From positions 1-58,059 of IMG/VR virus record IMGVR_UViG_3300020591_000001: a stretch of 58,059 nucleotides of DNA. One strand, written 5' to 3'. The number at the start of each line of letters is the position of its first letter. Within the stretch, counting starts at the first letter, position 1. This DNA is from a virus (Duplodnaviria; Caudoviricetes). The notes beneath the pieces were generated by a model that saw only the letters and a program-made list of their open reading frames with translations, was not told where the DNA came from and did no database searches. The translations under genes were made by a program, and so were the position numbers. Positions 46,781 to 54,484 of the stretch are shown in pieces.

Positions 46781-48547
46781 TCACAGCGGGTAGTCGTCGT
46801 CCATCCGCGACGCCGCCAGCATCTCCCACGGGTCCATCAGCACGATGTCGCCCGGCTGGATCGCGCCCTCCGGAACGAAGAGGCTCGACGTGTCGATCGT
46901 GGCGTAGATGAGAGCGTCGAGGCGGTCGGGGGAGCCGTCCATCTCGGTGCGCATCTCATCCTTCGGCGTGATCTGGATCGCGCCCTGGCTCTTGGAGAAG
47001 CGGAAGGTGACGTTGAGGAGCTGGTCGGCAAGCTCGCGGTCGTCGTAGTCGAGGTCGATCGCACCCGTCGCCATGAGCGTGCGGAGCTGGTCGTGATTGT
47101 AGGCGCGGCTGTTCGCCCACCGCCGCGGATCGGGGCTGCGCTTCGCGCCGTCCACACCGATGACGACGTAGACCTTGTTCTTGAACTCGTCCAACTGCGT
47201 CAGCATGTCGTACACGCCGCCGCCGACGCCAGTGGCGTCGATGCGAACCTCGGCAGCTCCGATCGCCTGGGCGTGCTCGTGAATCTTGCGCGCCGACTCC
47301 ACAGTGTCGGTGCGCCCCCACGAGTCCAGCAGGCGGCACCGCCCGCCGCGGTTGATGTAGATGACGCTCTCGTCCGCGCCGAACCGCGCGATATCGACCC
47401 CCAGCACCGGCTTGACGCTCAGGTCTTCGGTGATCTCGTGCTCGTGTGCCTGGGTGATGACCGCCTGCGGGAAGAACGCGAAGTCGGCGTCGCCGGGGAA
47501 CTCCCCGAGAACCTTGCTCAGGCCCCGCGCGTCCCACTTGACCGGGCTGCGCTCCACCACGACATGCTGCTCGCCATCGACCCAGATGATCTCGCGACCA
47601 AGCTGCTCGGGGTCGCCCTCAACCAGCGGCTCCGTGACGACCTTGTCCACGCGCCGGTCGTAACGCCGATCGTCCGGGAAGTCGGGGTCGGGGACGATCT
47701 CGCCACCAGTAGCCCAGATGCGGGACTTGTGCGCCACCCAGCGCTTGCTCGTCAAGGCCCGAAGCAGCCGCTCCTCCATTCGGTCGCCCTCTTCGGTGCG
47801 CGGATACACCCGCTCGCCCGTGAAGACAGGAGTGTCGAACACGGAGATCGTGTGCAGGTTGAACTCCTTGGCCTTGTCCTTGTCGGTGAAGGAGAACTGG
47901 AACTCGGTGCCCGCGTTGTCCGGGTTGCCGATGCCGCCGAAGCGAGAATCCTCACCCGTCTGCACGGCCTCGGCGGCAGTGAACATCGCACGGCTCATAC
48001 CGCCCGCCTCATCGAACCAGACATACGTCATGCCGTTGGGCGACCGGAGGCCCTGGAACATCGACACCGCGTCCTGGTCCGGTGGCTTGCGCCCCGTCGC
48101 GAGCCAAATCTTGCCGTTCGGGGTTTCTGAAACCCAGCCCAGGTTCTCGTCAATGCGACCGGGCACGCGGAAGTCGCGGGGCGACAGGGTTTCGGAAACC
48201 CGCCCGTGGTACTCCTTCAGATACTTGAACGTCACCTTCTGGAGCTGAGGAATCGACGGCGCGGAGATGATTGAGACGGTGTCGCCTTCGGGCCAGACCG
48301 AGCCCGCCCACAGAATGAGCTGGCTCACCAGCGCCGACTTGCCGACACCGTTGCCCGACTTGACCAGCGTGCGCTCCTTCTTGGCGAAGAGCATGTCGTA
48401 GGCGATCTCGCGCATCTTCTCGTAGTTGCGCAGTCGCAGCACGTCCCACGCCCAGGCGTCGAAGTCGCGCTGGTAGATCGTGAGCTGGCTGCGACGACGC
48501 AGCTCCGCCATCGCCGCCTCGAAGACCGTTGGGTCGATCGTGCTCAT
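46781..48547 (-). CDS. terL: Terminase large subunit
   Basis: Walker A SGNGVGKS, Walker B WFDEA, IGNP; nuclease motifs LGVDIARFGAD, IDATGVGGG, SPDRLDA. Confidence 0.93.
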   Translation of the reverse strand: MSTIDPTVFEAAMAELRRRSQLTIYQRDFDAWAWDVLRLRNYEKMREIAYDMLFAKKERTLVKSGNGVGKSALVSQLILWAGSVWPEGDTVSIISAPSIPQLQKVTFKYLKEYHGRVSETLSPRDFRVPGRIDENLGWVSETPNGKIWLATGRKPPDQDAVSMFQGLRSPNGMTYVWFDEAGGMSRAMFTAAEAVQTGEDSRFGGIGNPDNAGTEFQFSFTDKDKAKEFNLHTISVFDTPVFTGERVYPRTEEGDRMEERLLRALTSKRWVAHKSRIWATGGEIVPDPDFPDDRRYDRRVDKVVTEPLVEGDPEQLGREIIWVDGEQHVVVERSPVKWDARGLSKVLGEFPGDADFAFFPQAVITQAHEHEITEDLSVKPVLGVDIARFGADESVIYINRGGRCRLLDSWGRTDTVESARKIHEHAQAIGAAEVRIDATGVGGGVYDMLTQLDEFKNKVYVVIGVDGAKRSPDPRRWANSRAYNHDQLRTLMATGAIDLDYDDRELADQLLNVTFRFSKSQGAIQITPKDEMRTEMDGSPDRLDALIYATIDTSSLFVPEGAIQPGDIVLMDPWEMLAASRMDDDYPL

Positions 48548-48559
48548 TCCGGGACGCCC

Positions 48560-49072
48560 CTACGCTGCCGGAAGTTCGTGCGCACCCTCGTGGCGCGCGA
48601 CCTCCATCTGCGCGAAGCGCAAGGCCTCGGTCAGGGCTGCATCCCACTCGATCGGGTCGAGCTTGTCGGCGGCGGTGAGGCTCTTCTTCATGTGGGCCAG
48701 CGCCTTCTCGATCGCATCCAGCATCACGGTGCCCTGGAAGGCGTAGAGCGTGGACAGGTCGCGCTCGATCGCGGCGGCGCGTTTGTCGAGTCGGTTGCCG
48801 ACGGCTTCGAGGGCTCGCACCAGAACCTCGGCGTTGCGGGTGGAGCGCGGCATCTCCTCCAGCTCCACGACGAGCTGGCGCATCTTCAGCGTCACGAGCT
48901 GATCCTGCTGAGCCGCGGTGAGCCAGTCGGGGCTTTCGAGCAGTTGGCCGATCCGCACCATGACCTGCTCGGGAGAGAGGGCCCCTTCGAGCTTGAAACT
49001 GATCTGGGTGGGGCTCATCGAGTCGGCATACCGCACGATGAGTGCGTCGATCTCAGAGAGCTTCATGACCAT
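48560..49072 (-). CDS. Probable terminase small subunit
   Basis: Immediately upstream of terL; helical, with an HTH-like N-terminus. Confidence 0.55.
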   Translation of the reverse strand: MVMKLSEIDALIVRYADSMSPTQISFKLEGALSPEQVMVRIGQLLESPDWLTAAQQDQLVTLKMRQLVVELEEMPRSTRNAEVLVRALEAVGNRLDKRAAAIERDLSTLYAFQGTVMLDAIEKALAHMKKSLTAADKLDPIEWDAALTEALRFAQMEVARHEGAHELPAA

Positions 49073-49193
49073 ACGGGGATGTTAGCAGAGCGGTTTCCAG
49101 AAACCGGGGAGAAAAAAATATAGGCAGATAGGGATTGGGTGGGGTCGATGGCGCTGAGGCAGATGTTTCGGTAGGAAGGCAAGAAAGTAGACC

Positions 49194-49276
49194 ACTGTTA
49201 GAGCCTCTGGGGAGGCAAGAATCTGGAGGACTGTTAGAGCCTCTGGGGAGGCAAGAATCTGGAGGACTGTTAGAGC
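49194..49276. repeat. 36-bp tandem repeat (2.3 copies)
   Basis: ACTGTTAGAGCCTCTGGGGAGGCAAGAATCTGGAGG at 49194 and 49230, partial copy at 49266, degenerate half copy at 49174-49193. Confidence 0.9.
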
Positions 49277-49650
49277 GATGGCGGCCCGCGTACCCGCTCC
49301 CCCGAAACTTCCTCAAAAACTTCGAGGTTTCCCACAAGCTCGCTTATTTCTCTTGACATTTCCGCCGTTGTGTGCATGTGCCCATATCCTCCTCCCTATA
49401 CCCCTATCCCTGCGGTATCCGTCGTTTGTGCCTATGTATTGTGCGGATTCCGTACCATGCATAGCTATCTATGTATGTCAATACCTATCTACTGTCTTTG
49501 TAGGTCTCCACAATCTTTCGCGGATGCCCCCCGTGTCCTATCCCTATATGGCATTGTGTCTCTATGGCCTTATGTCTGGCCTGCCCTGCCACGCGCCCGC
49601 GTGGCGCGGCTCACGTTCCGACGTCGGAACACAACGAAACGGAGACACCA

Positions 49651-50283
49651 ATGACCAAGCGAAACGACACCATTGCCGCCCCTGCCGACGTGACCACGGC
49701 GCGCGCTGCCGCTGCCACGGTCGCGGCGGAACGACTGGCCGATGCGCTCACCACGGCATCCGCCGCGCGCGTCGGCGTGATCGTCAAGCGCTACGGCGCG
49801 GACGCTACGCCCGCCGCGGTCACGCTCGCCAAACGAGCCGCCGACGAGATGAGCGGCGCGACGAAGTCGCGGGGCGGTCAGCGCGCGCGCGTGCTCGCCG
49901 TGCTGGATGCCGTGCCTGCGGACGTTACGCCTACGGATGCCGTTATGGTTGCCGCGGCGCTCGCCGTGCTCGACCGCGAGGCTACCGCGGCGCGTGAGCG
50001 GCGCGAGCGCAAGCGCGCGCTCGCGGATGCCGTGAATGACGCGAGCGCGTCGATTCAGTCGCGAGCCGCCGCGCTCGACGTGCTCGCGAGCATGGATGCC
50101 GCCGACGCCGACGCCAAGCGCGACGCCGTGCGTCGTCGTATCGCCGACGTGCTTGCGGCATCCGTTTCCGCCGGTATCGCGGCGGATGACGTGGCGCGGA
50201 TGCTGGCGGATGCCTACGGCGTGAGCGTCGCCGTCGAGTACCCCGCCGCGGTTCCCGCCGACGCCGAAACGGTCGCGGCATGA
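49651..50283 (+). CDS. Ala-rich hypothetical protein
   Basis: CGGAG RBS; begins MTKRNDTIAAPADV; CGCG-rich atypical codon use. Confidence 0.7.
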   Translation: MTKRNDTIAAPADVTTARAAAATVAAERLADALTTASAARVGVIVKRYGADATPAAVTLAKRAADEMSGATKSRGGQRARVLAVLDAVPADVTPTDAVMVAAALAVLDREATAARERRERKRALADAVNDASASIQSRAAALDVLASMDAADADAKRDAVRRRIADVLAASVSAGIAADDVARMLADAYGVSVAVEYPAAVPADAETVAA

Positions 50284-50408
50284 GCGCCGTGGCCATCCTG
50301 GCGCGGCCGCTCATGCTGGCGCGCGTGGCGCGCGTCATGCGTGACCGCTACGGATACGCGCGCCCATATCGGCGCGCGTGGCACGAGCTCCGGGCGGTCG
50401 GCGCGTGA
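50280..50408 (+). CDS. Tiny basic protein (42 aa)
   Basis: ATGA overlap; MSAVAILARPLMLARVARVMRDRYGY... Confidence 0.45.
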   Translation: MSAVAILARPLMLARVARVMRDRYGYARPYRRAWHELRAVGA

Positions 50409-50497
50409 CGTGCTCGACATGCGCCTATCGCGCCGCGCGCGGATATCCCGTGCCGCCGGTATGCCCTCACGATGATCCGTGGCACGGCGCGCGCTAG
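50405..50497 (+). CDS. Tiny Cys/His peptide (30 aa)
   Basis: GTGA overlap; MTCSTCAY...VCPHDDPWH; followed by a terminator hairpin. Confidence 0.4.
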   Translation: MTCSTCAYRAARGYPVPPVCPHDDPWHGAR

Positions 50498-50509
50498 CGC
50501 GCCGACCCT

Positions 50510-50552
50510 GCACCCCCCGTGCCTGATGCGGCACGGGGGGTGCCCCCGTTTT
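50510..50552 (+). terminator. Intrinsic terminator-like hairpin
   Basis: GCACCCCCCGTGC / GCACGGGGGGTGC stem followed by CCCCGTTTT. Confidence 0.7.
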
Positions 50553-50610
50553 CCCGCTTGACGTTTCACGCGCCCGCGTGACGCGCCTATCGAGAGAAAC
50601 GGAGACTGAA

Positions 50611-50787
50611 ATGAGCGAGAACCGCGCATGGGGGGCTGTTTCGTTGGAGCAGCTCGCAGCCGACGACTGGGAGCGGCAGCAGCGCCGCGCCGCCCTGGTC
50701 GCAAACGTGAAGCGCCGCCGCGGAAACAAGGGCTCGCGGGTGTGGGGATTCCAGACCGCGGGAGCGGGCAAGCGCCGCCGCAAGTAG
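50611..50787 (+). CDS. Small basic protein
   Basis: GAAACGGAGA RBS; begins MSENRAWG. Confidence 0.6.
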   Translation: MSENRAWGAVSLEQLAADDWERQQRRAALVANVKRRRGNKGSRVWGFQTAGAGKRRRK

Positions 50788-50873
50788 ACCCGATCGCCCC
50801 GTGGCGGGGTTGAGGATACGCTCCTCCCCCGCCGCGGGTGCCCCGGTTTCCGGAAACCGAACCGCCCCAGGAC

Positions 50874-50889
50874 TCGAACGTCTGTTCGA
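50874..50889. promoter_or_regulatory. LexA (SOS) box, perfect match
   Basis: TCGAAC-GTCT-GTTCGA matches the actinobacterial consensus TCGAAC-N4-GTTCGA. Confidence 0.75.
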
Positions 50890-51036
50890 GTCTTTTTTCA
50901 CGCGCCTCGTTTTCTTAGGGGGCGGCGAGGGGATGGAAAACGCGCGAAGAGCCGACGGGGGGGTTTCTGGGGGCTCGACCGGCCTGAACAGTGCATATAG
51001 AGCTTCTCGAAAGTGAGGGAATGTGTATGTGTGCTA

Positions 51037-51052
51037 TTGGACATCTGTTCGA
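51037..51052. promoter_or_regulatory. LexA box, degenerate
   Basis: TTGGAC-ATCT-GTTCGA. Confidence 0.5.
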
Positions 51053-51187
51053 GTTTCGGGGCGATGCTGCACGAGTCCGACCGGAAGTATGACCAACGTG
51101 AGTGCTGGTCAATACCAAGAAGCCTGTATTTACGGGGAAGTTAGGGTTACCTAAGTAGAGCTGACGAGGGGGTACCCCCTCACTACG

Positions 51188-51262
51188 CATATACATAGAG
51201 AAACAGTGTCTACTTTCCATACTTTTAAATACACAAATAGACACTGTTTCTATATGTGTATG
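51188..51262. repeat. 25-bp imperfect inverted repeat around an AT-rich 25-nt spacer
   Basis: CATATACATAGAGAAACAGTGTCTA ... TAGACACTGTTTCTATATGTGTATG (2 mismatches); adjacent perfect palindrome GAGGGGGTACCCCCTC at 51166-51181. Confidence 0.85.
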
Positions 51263-51286
51263 GTGTGTAGAGGGAGGGGGAGGGGG

Positions 51287-51302
51287 GAGAACATTTGTTC
51301 GA
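51287..51302. promoter_or_regulatory. LexA box
   Basis: GAGAAC-ATTT-GTTCGA with an intact GAAC-N4-GTTC core. Confidence 0.65.
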
Positions 51303-51523
51303 GTGTTATCGCGTTGGCACCCCTAGCCCTCTATTCCACAAATCCACAAATCCATAAAGGCGAACCATCCGGCCTACCACTCCATCCCTCCCCATTCAGC
51401 TCACGGTTTCCGAAACCGCCGCTCCCCGTGAGCCCCGAAACAATCCACGACTCACCACCCCCGGCGCGTTCCAACGTCGGAACGCGCCACCAATCCACGC
51501 CCTATCCAGAAACGGAGTACGTC

Positions 51524-51838
51524 ATGACCGACCCCGAAGCCACCGAGTTTCAGCCCCGCTCGGATCACATCTATGAGCCCAAGGGCTCGGCGCTGTTCTT
51601 CTGCGCCATGATCGCCCTCGGCGCTTTCGCGTTCGGAATCTTGATCGCGACTCCCGATCCCGTACAAATCCGGAATCGAAATCTGACCCCGAGTGACGTG
51701 CTCCCGGCGTGCGCCACGGAGGACTCCTCCAACTGCTACTGGGATGCGAGCGCCCGCGGAAACCGCGAGGGCCGATCCTTCATCGACATCGGCGGGGTCG
51801 TCTACTACACCGACTACAAGGGCACTCTGAACCCCTGA
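51524..51838 (+). CDS. Small membrane protein with extracellular Cys-pair domain
   Basis: CGGAG RBS; TM helix followed by LPACATEDSSNCYWDA...GN..G.SF. Confidence 0.75.
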   Translation: MTDPEATEFQPRSDHIYEPKGSALFFCAMIALGAFAFGILIATPDPVQIRNRNLTPSDVLPACATEDSSNCYWDASARGNREGRSFIDIGGVVYYTDYKGTLNP

Positions 51839-51874
51839 ACCCCTGAACCCCTGAACCCCTGAACCCCTGAACCC
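51827..51874. repeat. (CTGAACCC)6 octamer tandem repeat
   Basis: Read directly; overlaps the stop codon of 51524..51838. Confidence 0.92.
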
Positions 51875-51925
51875 CGATCCAGCGCCCGCTGGGTCGGTTT
51901 CTAGAAACCAGAAACGGAGAACACC

Positions 51926-52456
51926 ATGACCACGACAACGCCGCTGAAGCCGCTGCTGAAGCCTTCGACGTTGGCCTACGCGACCCTGCTCCAGAGGGCG
52001 GGTTTCACGATCTACGTGCCGAACCCCGCCATCGATCACTCGACCCAAGTTCCGCAGGGCTGGTTCCACTACAGCCGCGACCTCTACAACGGCACCTTCT
52101 ACGGAACCGCGTACATCGAGAACACCTTCGGCTCCAGCCTGTACTACGAGCCCTGCCACCTGATGCCGATCAAGCCGAGCCGTGAGTTCGGGTCGGCGAT
52201 CACGGTGGGGCGTCGCAGCAACGGGCTCGACCGGCCCCAGACGGTGTGGTCGGTTGAGGCCGCCGAGTACACGGCGCAGCCGCAGAACACCGCCGAGTAC
52301 ATTCCCGGTGTGAGCTTCCACAATCACAAGCCCTGGGGCGTCTCCCGTGACAGCGGCGGGGTGTACATCCCGATGGAGCCGATGCACCGCGCGTTCGGAA
52401 TCGCCGCGCCGAGTCCGGTCATCGTGGGCATCGAAACCGAAGAGGGGGGTCTGTGA
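51926..52456 (+). CDS. Hypothetical protein
   Basis: CGGAGA RBS; 176 aa. Confidence 0.75.
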   Translation: MTTTTPLKPLLKPSTLAYATLLQRAGFTIYVPNPAIDHSTQVPQGWFHYSRDLYNGTFYGTAYIENTFGSSLYYEPCHLMPIKPSREFGSAITVGRRSNGLDRPQTVWSVEAAEYTAQPQNTAEYIPGVSFHNHKPWGVSRDSGGVYIPMEPMHRAFGIAAPSPVIVGIETEEGGL

Positions 52457-52764
52457 TGGATGCCGGATTCGGCCCGCGGGAGACGACTCGCCAGTCGCGG
52501 CGACTCGTGATCGACCTGCCGCTGAACATCGACCCGGACACCACTGCCGTCGTCTTCGATCCGGAAACGGGCGAGGAGTGCGACGAGGTGAGCGGGTGGG
52601 AGACGGCGATCCAGTATGCCCATGACGGGTATCTGGTGATCGTGATGAACCCGAGCGGCTTCCCCTACGACACGGTGGAGAAGCTTCAGGCGGCGGTGAG
52701 TTACGAGCACGCGCTGGTGGCGGACTGCTTCGGTCGGGAGATTCCCGAGCTGCTGGCGAGCTAG
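52453..52764 (+). CDS. Hypothetical acidic protein
   Basis: Coupled start; 103 aa. Confidence 0.7.
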   Translation: MMDAGFGPRETTRQSRRLVIDLPLNIDPDTTAVVFDPETGEECDEVSGWETAIQYAHDGYLVIVMNPSGFPYDTVEKLQAAVSYEHALVADCFGREIPELLAS

Positions 52765-52865
52765 GACTTCGCCGAGATGGCGACGATCCCGGTTTCCAGA
52801 AACCCTCAACCCCAACAAACCCACAAACCCCAAATATCCAAGAAACTAGAGAGGACGGTAACAAT

Positions 52866-53669
52866 ATGAGCAAGTCCACCCCCAAGGAGTACACGCTCCC
52901 GAACGGACGCACCTACGTGCCCCGAGCGCTCGGCGGCTTCGAGGACGACGTGACCGGACTGCGCGAGCTGGCGAAGATGGGCAAGCACACGCTGCTGCTG
53001 GGCGAGCCCGGCGTCGGCAAGACGGCGCTGTTCCAGGCGGCGTTCCCCGACTCCGAGAACGAGATCGGCCACTCCAAGCTCACGGCCTTCGACATGCTGT
53101 GGCGGCCCCGGCCCCTGCCCGACGGCACGATCCAGTTCGACCCGAGTCCGCTGACGCGAGCCGTGATGCACGGCAAGCCGTTCTACTTCGATGAGATCAT
53201 GCGGTGTTCCGAGGATGCCCTCACGCCGCTCTACAGCGCGATGGACGGTCGCGGCTTCATCGTCGGGGGAAATCTCGACGGCACCGACCTGCCCGTGAAG
53301 GAGGGCTTCACGGTGATCGCGGCGTCGAACCCGCTGGTGCGTGGCGCGTTCCTGCCGGACGCGATCGCGAGCCGGTTCCACATCATCGACGTGCAGGTCT
53401 CCGAAGAGCTGCTGGTCAAGCTGGGCCTCCACGACCGGCTCATGACCGCATGGCGGAACCTGTCCAGCCAGGAGGGCGGCGACGTGTGGCGACCGAGCGT
53501 CCGCGAGATGCTGGCGGCGCAGGAGTTCATCGACGTGGGCAACTGGGCTCAGGCTGCCTACGCCCTGACCGGCTGGCGAGTGCCTGCCCGCGACCGCGCC
53601 ACGGTCGCCGGAGTAATCGGGCCCCTGTTCGGGGTGCGTGTTTCGGACCTCGGCGGGGTTATCAAATAG
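52866..53669 (+). CDS. MoxR-type (CbbQ/CobS-like) AAA+ ATPase
   Basis: Walker A GEPGVGKT, Walker B FYFDEI, GFTVIAASNP, Arg finger AIASRF, sensor PSVRE. Confidence 0.88.
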   Translation: MSKSTPKEYTLPNGRTYVPRALGGFEDDVTGLRELAKMGKHTLLLGEPGVGKTALFQAAFPDSENEIGHSKLTAFDMLWRPRPLPDGTIQFDPSPLTRAVMHGKPFYFDEIMRCSEDALTPLYSAMDGRGFIVGGNLDGTDLPVKEGFTVIAASNPLVRGAFLPDAIASRFHIIDVQVSEELLVKLGLHDRLMTAWRNLSSQEGGDVWRPSVREMLAAQEFIDVGNWAQAAYALTGWRVPARDRATVAGVIGPLFGVRVSDLGGVIK

Positions 53670-53910
53670 TGGTGTGATCAAGTAGCAGTACCGGATCGGC
53701 GGGGTTCGACTCCCCCGTCAGGCCCGTAGCAATCCAACTTCACCTAGGGTCGGGCGGCCCGAGGATGGTGGAGTTTCCAGAAACCGGGGGAGCCTGTGTT
53801 GCTCTCCGTTTCCGGGCTCTCCCGGTTTCGCTTCTGGGCTTCATAGCACACAAAGGGCTATGCTGATAAAAGCAGTAACGTACCTATCCATCAACGAAAG
53901 GAGCATCATC

Positions 53911-54480
53911 ATGGCTGCCAAGAGCACCAGCACCACCAACACCAAGAAGGCCGCACCCGAGCCGCAGTTCTCCGAGATCGCCGCGACCCTGGCCGCGGCG
54001 GAGCAGCAGGCGAAGGCGGCGTCCGCCGACGCGACCCAGGCCCGAGCCGCGCGTCAGCAGGCGGCGGTCGGAGCGATCCGGTCGGCGTTCGCGCAGGTCA
54101 TCGACGGCTCCATCGTCCGCAAGACCCTGCTGGACGCGGGAGTCCTGAAGGGCACGGTCTCCAAGATCGTGACCGTCATCGACGCGCTCCACGAGGGCAT
54201 CATCGCGCTGGACGACGTGAAGAGCCTCAACGGGGCGTACAGCTCCGTCCGTGCGGTGCGAGCTGTCGCCGCGGGAACCCACCCCGCCGCCGCGCCGATC
54301 CCCGCCCCGGTGCCCGTGGCACCCCCCACGACCCCGGACGAGGCCCTGGACATCATCCTGAACTCGATCCGCACCGCGGGCAGTGACGACGCGATCTTCA
54401 AAGCTGCGGGGGACTGGATCAGCAAGATCACCGACGCGATCTCGGCGATCACGAAGGCGGTCGGTTCGGAGGAGGAGTAA
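53911..54480 (+). CDS. Hypothetical protein, shared C-terminal domain family member 1
   Basis: GAAAGGAG RBS; ends TPDEALDIILNSIR...FKAAGDWISKITDAISAI. Confidence 0.8.
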   Translation: MAAKSTSTTNTKKAAPEPQFSEIAATLAAAEQQAKAASADATQARAARQQAAVGAIRSAFAQVIDGSIVRKTLLDAGVLKGTVSKIVTVIDALHEGIIALDDVKSLNGAYSSVRAVRAVAAGTHPAAAPIPAPVPVAPPTTPDEALDIILNSIRTAGSDDAIFKAAGDWISKITDAISAITKAVGSEEE

Positions 54481-54484
54481 CCAG

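Noticed and set aside
49174-49276. CRISPR mini-array (36-bp unit)
   Set aside because: The units are directly adjacent and identical, with no unique spacers and no cas operon.
49353-49385. SigA promoter at TTGACA
   Set aside because: No convincing -10 hexamer at 16-18 nt spacing.
51332-51348. DnaA boxes (TATTCCACA, AAATCCACA)
   Set aside because: Each has two mismatches to TT(A/G)TCCACA, which is too weak to call.
53690-53730. Second functional tRNA gene
   Set aside because: Only a T-arm-like hairpin is present; no acceptor stem, D arm or CCA could be built.
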